Shown here: positions 25,897 through 29,685 of the stretch, one piece after another
How the letters are laid out: the number at the start of each line of letters is the position of its first letter
Position numbering within the stretch: the stretch's first letter is position 1
NCBI GenBank assembly: GCA_964496415.1
Contig: CAZBZN010000007.1
Coordinates: 5,470 to 35,154 of the forward strand
From: Candidatus Micrarchaeota archaeon
GTDB lineage: Archaea; B1Sed10-29; JAJRYS01
Reading direction: 5' to 3'
Length of the DNA: 29,685 nt
Notes under the pieces: generated by a model
The model's input: only the letters and a program-made list of their open reading frames with translations
The model's database searches: none
Told to the model about the DNA's origin: nothing
Position numbers and translations under genes: made by a program

Positions 25897-26209
25897 ATTC
25901 TACGACTCCTTTTGACCCATCAACAGTGATTTTCATAAAATCTTTTATTTTTTTAGTTGCTTTTTCTGTCCCAACAACACAGGGAATGCCAAATTCTCTT
26001 GAAATCATTGCAGCATGGCTGCATACTCCGCCATAGTCAGTTACGATGCCGATGACTTTTGACAATATTGGTGTGAAGGCGGGGGTAGTTGCAGTAGTGA
26101 CGAGAATCATGCCTTTTTTTACTTTTTTAAAATCTTTTGATGATTTAACCACTACTGCTTTTCCAGATATTTTTCCAGGGGACGCTGGAATTCCTCTTAG
26201 AATTTTCAT
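25886..26209 (-). CDS. Stand-alone PEP-utilising enzyme mobile (swivelling phospho-His) domain
   Basis: GIPASPG, ILVT..TTP, IVTDYGGVCSHAAMISREFGIPCVVG, VDGSKGVV. Confidence 0.92.
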   Translation of the reverse strand: MKILRGIPASPGKISGKAVVVKSSKDFKKVKKGMILVTTATTPAFTPILSKVIGIVTDYGGVCSHAAMISREFGIPCVVGTEKATKKIKDFMKITVDGSKGVVEYDE

Positions 26210-26247
26210 ATAATGGTTTTAAAATCTTCTTTGATTTAAAAATTTAT

Positions 26248-26916
26248 ATGAACAAAATGAAAAACCTACTCATTGATATTGAAGGTGTTTTGATTAATGG
26301 TAGGGACTTGTTTGAAGTAGCCCGTAAGTACTTGAATCAGCGTGAAGAAAGAGAAGTAAGAGAGATTCTTAGGGTTGAAAAGTATTGGAAGCATCCTGAT
26401 TTTGTTAGGAGGCTTGTTGAGATAAGCTCTGAAGTTTATTCAAGGCTGATGAAAGATGAGAATCTTAAGAAGAAAGTGCTGTTAGAGATAAAGAGAAGAA
26501 TGAAAGTTGATCCTGACAAGTTGAAAAAAGAGATTCTTGAGTATAAGAAAGAAACAGGTGCAAAAGTTTATATTCACAGTGATTTTGGAAGGTCGCCGGT
26601 GTCAAGAATATTTGCTGAGTTAGTCGGCGCTGATGGGGTTGTTGAAAAGTTTGATCCTGAAGCATTAAAGAAAGGAATAATGATTGATGATTTCAGCAAA
26701 CTAAAAAGAGAAGAGTTCATGAGAAGGGCTTTTGGCAAGCTTGAGAAAAAAGAAGAAAAGAGAAGGGTTTATTCTGCTGCTATTAGAATTCTTCCAAGGC
26801 CTGAAGAAGTTAAAGTAAGTAAAAACCAAAGAAGGCTTGAAGACTTTAAAGCAAAAATTAAGACTCCAAGTATTGTTGATGTAGTAAAAAAACTTAGAAA
26901 AAGGCGACGTAAGTAA
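26248..26916 (+). CDS. HAD-like hypothetical protein with polybasic C-terminus
   Basis: LLIDIEGVL (motif I-like, DxE), IHSD (motif II-like), MIDD (motif IV-like), ends KKLRKRRRK*. Confidence 0.55.
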   Translation: MNKMKNLLIDIEGVLINGRDLFEVARKYLNQREEREVREILRVEKYWKHPDFVRRLVEISSEVYSRLMKDENLKKKVLLEIKRRMKVDPDKLKKEILEYKKETGAKVYIHSDFGRSPVSRIFAELVGADGVVEKFDPEALKKGIMIDDFSKLKREEFMRRAFGKLEKKEEKRRVYSAAIRILPRPEEVKVSKNQRRLEDFKAKIKTPSIVDVVKKLRKRRRK

Positions 26917-28821
26917 TTATTTTAGTCTTATTGAGTCAAGGTTTCTTGGAGCAGTTGCTTCTACCCTGAACTTGTAAGCAATTGAACGAGCAAGGTTAAT
27001 GCATTTCTTTTCTTCACCGTGAACTGTTAGCACTCTTTCTGGTCTTGGGCTTAGTTTTTTGAAGTACCCGAGTAATTGGTTTAAGTCAGCGTGTCCTGAA
27101 AGCCCTTCTATTGTTTCTACTCTTAGTTTTATTTCGTATTCTTGTGCTTTTCCATTGTTTTCTAATACTACTTGTTTTGCTCCTTTTTGGATTTTTCTTC
27201 CAAGACTTCCTTCTGCTTGGTAACCAACGAATACTAAAGCATTGTTTTCATTATCACTTATTTGTTTGAAGTATTCTATTACTGGTCCTCCGTTCATCAT
27301 TCCAGCAGGTGCTAGTATTACACATCTTCCATCATCAATTATTTGTCTTCTTTGACTTGGGTCAACTATTTGGAAGATGTTTGAGTCAAAAGGAGAATCA
27401 TTATGCAGTATTCTTCTTTGCAGTGATTTTTTCAAGTATTCAGGGTATGCTGAGTGGATTGCTGAAGCTTCTTTGGTCATGCCATCAAGGTATACTGGTA
27501 CGTCCCATTCTCCTTTCTGCCTGGCGTAGTTTTCTATTACCATCATTACTTCTTGTGCTCTTCCTACAGCGAATGATGGTATTAATACTATTCCGTTTTT
27601 TTCAGTAGTTTCTTTTATGATTTCTATTAGCTTTTGTTCAGCCACGTATCTTGGTTTTTGAACGTCTTGCGGCCCACCGTATGTTGATTCAATGATGAGT
27701 GTTTCTAATCTTGGGAATTTTGTTTCTGCAGGGTCAAATAGTTCAGTGTACCCAAATTTTAAGTCTCCTGTGTATAATAAGTTATGAGCTCCTTCTCCAA
27801 TATGTAAGTGTACTAATGCAGACCCGATCATGTGACCAGCATTATGTAAAGTTAGCCTCATGTCAGGAGCGATGTCAGTTACTTCGCCGTAATTTCTTGG
27901 AATGCAGTGAAGAAGTTCTTTCTTTATGTCTTTTTCAGAGTATATTGGTGTTTTTGCGCTTTTTTCAAGCACTCCTATGTAGTCTTCTTGAAGCAGTATC
28001 ATCGTGTCTCTTGTTGCAGGAGTACAGTAAACAGGACCATCATACCCGTATTGGAATAAGTATGGGACGAATCCTGAGTGGTCTAAGTGAGCGTGAGTAA
28101 TCACCACAGCGTCTATTTCTTCTAAGGAGAAGTCAACTGATGAAAGGTATGGGAAGGCGTTTTCAGTGCTTGCCACACTTACTCCACAGTCAAGAAGTAC
28201 TTTGCTTTCAGGAGTTTCAACAAGTATGCATGATCTTCCTACTTCTCTCCAGCCACCAAGCCCTGTTATTCTTATCCAGTCAGTTGGTTTTGGGTCGTTT
28301 CTGTAGATTCTTTTTCCAATGTTTTTCAGTATTTTTTTTCTTTCAGCTCCTTCTTTTATGAGAGTTTCTCTTATTGCCCTTAGCATTTTTGATTCTGTTG
28401 TAGGGGTTCTTAGGAGTTTTGCAGCCCATCCTGTTTGAATGGTTATGCTTTTTAGGGTTTGGCCTTTTGGACCAATCACTAAGCCAAGTTTTTCAGCTTC
28501 GATGTTAACCTCATTAAAAGCAGGGTCAAAGTATATGTTTTTAATGTTTGCTTCATGCGGAACTATTTCTTCTATTTTTTCTTTTGCTTCTTCAGGGCTA
28601 AGCATTATTGAAGAATCAGGCCGTATGACGAATTTTTTCTTTAATGTGCTTGCTAATGTTTTTATTATTTTTTCATCTTCTAAAAATTCTTTTATCGTGT
28701 TAGTGTATATTGCAATATCCGGCCCTTCAAATTCAAGGTTTGTTATTTCACATTTGTCAGGGAGTAATTCAGCTACCTTTTTTTCAATTTCTTTTAAAAG
28801 TACTGAGTTCAAAAAATCCAC
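26917..28821 (-). CDS. fttA: beta-CASP ribonuclease aCPSF1 / transcription termination factor FttA
   Basis: N-terminal KH domains (FEGP, GLVIGPKG), GGWREVGRS, THAHLDHSG, AGHMIGS, YTGD, ESTYG, GLSGHAD, VHGE; adjacent to psmB. Confidence 0.96.
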   Translation of the reverse strand: MDFLNSVLLKEIEKKVAELLPDKCEITNLEFEGPDIAIYTNTIKEFLEDEKIIKTLASTLKKKFVIRPDSSIMLSPEEAKEKIEEIVPHEANIKNIYFDPAFNEVNIEAEKLGLVIGPKGQTLKSITIQTGWAAKLLRTPTTESKMLRAIRETLIKEGAERKKILKNIGKRIYRNDPKPTDWIRITGLGGWREVGRSCILVETPESKVLLDCGVSVASTENAFPYLSSVDFSLEEIDAVVITHAHLDHSGFVPYLFQYGYDGPVYCTPATRDTMILLQEDYIGVLEKSAKTPIYSEKDIKKELLHCIPRNYGEVTDIAPDMRLTLHNAGHMIGSALVHLHIGEGAHNLLYTGDLKFGYTELFDPAETKFPRLETLIIESTYGGPQDVQKPRYVAEQKLIEIIKETTEKNGIVLIPSFAVGRAQEVMMVIENYARQKGEWDVPVYLDGMTKEASAIHSAYPEYLKKSLQRRILHNDSPFDSNIFQIVDPSQRRQIIDDGRCVILAPAGMMNGGPVIEYFKQISDNENNALVFVGYQAEGSLGRKIQKGAKQVVLENNGKAQEYEIKLRVETIEGLSGHADLNQLLGYFKKLSPRPERVLTVHGEEKKCINLARSIAYKFRVEATAPRNLDSIRLK

Positions 28822-28851
28822 CTTCTACAATTAATCAGTTGTTGACTTTGC

Positions 28852-29481
28852 TTATTTTTTAAGCAGGTTGTTGATTTCTTTTTCAGTTAGGAACTTTGCT
28901 CCTTCTTTTGTTATTACTGCAATGTCAAATCCTTTTCCTCCGGAGTAAATGTCTCTTTCGGTGGCTGCTTTTAAAGCCTGTGCTGCTACTGGCAGGTTTT
29001 CTTTTATTGTTCCTCCTTCAATGTATTTTTCTTCAAGCACTCCATAGGCTATGGGTGAGCCTGACCCAGTTGCTACGCTTTTTTCTTCCATTAGAGATCC
29101 AAAAGCATCAAAAGAGTAAAGAGCTGGTTTTGAGTCATAACCACCAAGCAGTAATTGCACGTAATATGGGAAGTACTTGTTGTTTTGAAGAATATTTGAT
29201 AATATGGTGGCTGCTGCTTCTACTTTTATTTTCTTTTTTCTTTCTATTTCATAAAGTGAAGTTGTTGCTTTAAGAATTTTTGCTAATCTCTGAGCATCGC
29301 CAACAAGCCCTGCTATTGACATTACTAAGTGGTCTTGTATTTTCAGCACTTTTTTTGCTTCTTTATTTGCTATCAGATTTCCCATGGTTGCTTTTCTTTC
29401 AGCGCCGATTATTACTCCATCAGAGCAGAGTAACCCAACGTTTGTTGTTCCTTTCATTGGTTCTTTTTCATAATCAACCAT
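28852..29481 (-). CDS. psmB: Proteasome subunit beta
   Basis: Short propeptide then G|TT catalytic Thr, AGLVGDAQ, ATGSGS, RDIYSG. Confidence 0.96.
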   Translation of the reverse strand: MVDYEKEPMKGTTNVGLLCSDGVIIGAERKATMGNLIANKEAKKVLKIQDHLVMSIAGLVGDAQRLAKILKATTSLYEIERKKKIKVEAAATILSNILQNNKYFPYYVQLLLGGYDSKPALYSFDAFGSLMEEKSVATGSGSPIAYGVLEEKYIEGGTIKENLPVAAQALKAATERDIYSGGKGFDIAVITKEGAKFLTEKEINNLLKK

Positions 29482-29570
29482 TTAACCGTCTCCTAAAATT
29501 AAAAACATAAAATAAGCTGCTGGGTGATTGCTATAATAGGACAATTTGTAATATTTAAATGTTGCGGAAG

Positions 29571-29684
29571 TCAGTATTCCTCTTCAAAGCTTACTTTTTC
29601 AAGCTTCAGATATTTTTTAAGATTGTTTGTTGTTGCTGTTTTTCTTATTTGAATGTCCCTGAGCAAAGCATCTTGCTTTGATAC
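29571..29684 (-). CDS. 3' end of a gene truncated by the window edge (...VSKQDALLRDIQIRKTATTNNLKKYLKLEKVSFEEEY*)
   Basis: Open minus-strand frame from the edge to TGA at 29571-29573; product not recognisable. Confidence 0.55.
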   Translation of the reverse strand, partial: VSKQDALLRDIQIRKTATTNNLKKYLKLEKVSFEEEY

Positions 29685-29685
29685 T

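Noticed and set aside
25886..26209. PEP synthase or PTS enzyme I
   Set aside because: Only the mobile His domain is present, with its own start, and no flanking ATP-grasp or TIM-barrel fragments
1152..29510. Numerous short opposite-strand ORFs in the track (e.g. 2659-2982, 3085-3333, 8155-8457, 9285-9622, 17452-17796, 27309-28834, 28896-29510)
   Set aside because: They are shadows of well-supported genes, with biased composition and no motifs
29664..29680. Inverted repeat CAAAGCA-TCT-TGCTTTG
   Set aside because: Only a 7-bp stem inside a probable coding frame; likely chance
1..29685. CRISPR array, tRNA/rRNA, transposase/integrase, selenocysteine recoding
   Set aside because: Intergenic gaps are mostly too short, no repeat-spacer or cloverleaf pattern was seen, no such ORFs were found, and the hydrogenase motifs use ordinary Cys codons. 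Small ncRNAs cannot be excluded without a covariance-model search

Overview
AT-rich, very compact archaeal chromosomal segment (proteasome beta subunit, aCPSF1, Taw1, DTD2, AK6, geranylgeranyl reductase, TATA-type promoters). A DPANN-type host such as Micrarchaeota/Diapherotrites is my inference from gene content and compaction, not something shown. Most genes are housekeeping. The centrepiece (about 13.5-22.9 kb) is a membrane-bound group 4 [NiFe]-hydrogenase locus. Its large subunit has both Ni-binding CxxC motifs and a cleavable tail, and it carries a complete complex I-type membrane arm (NuoA, H, split J, K, L, M, M/N). NuoC is displaced by an inverted maturation protease, and a Zn-ribbon plus HypC-like pair flanks the locus. 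Other oddities: an apparent stand-alone SepRS C-terminal (anticodon-binding) domain head-to-head with asnS, a half NFACT/Rqc2 gene, a rhomboid with a coiled-coil insert, an inactive-looking transglutaminase-like protein, a LIM-like micro zinc finger, a stand-alone PEP-utiliser phospho-His domain coupled to an unknown gene, and polybasic C-terminal tails on accessory proteins. Two small genes missing from the ORF track were found (ferredoxin 5185-5364, Zn-ribbon 13501-13641). No rRNA, tRNA, CRISPR array or mobile element was recognised. All family assignments are from motif recognition by eye, without database searches.
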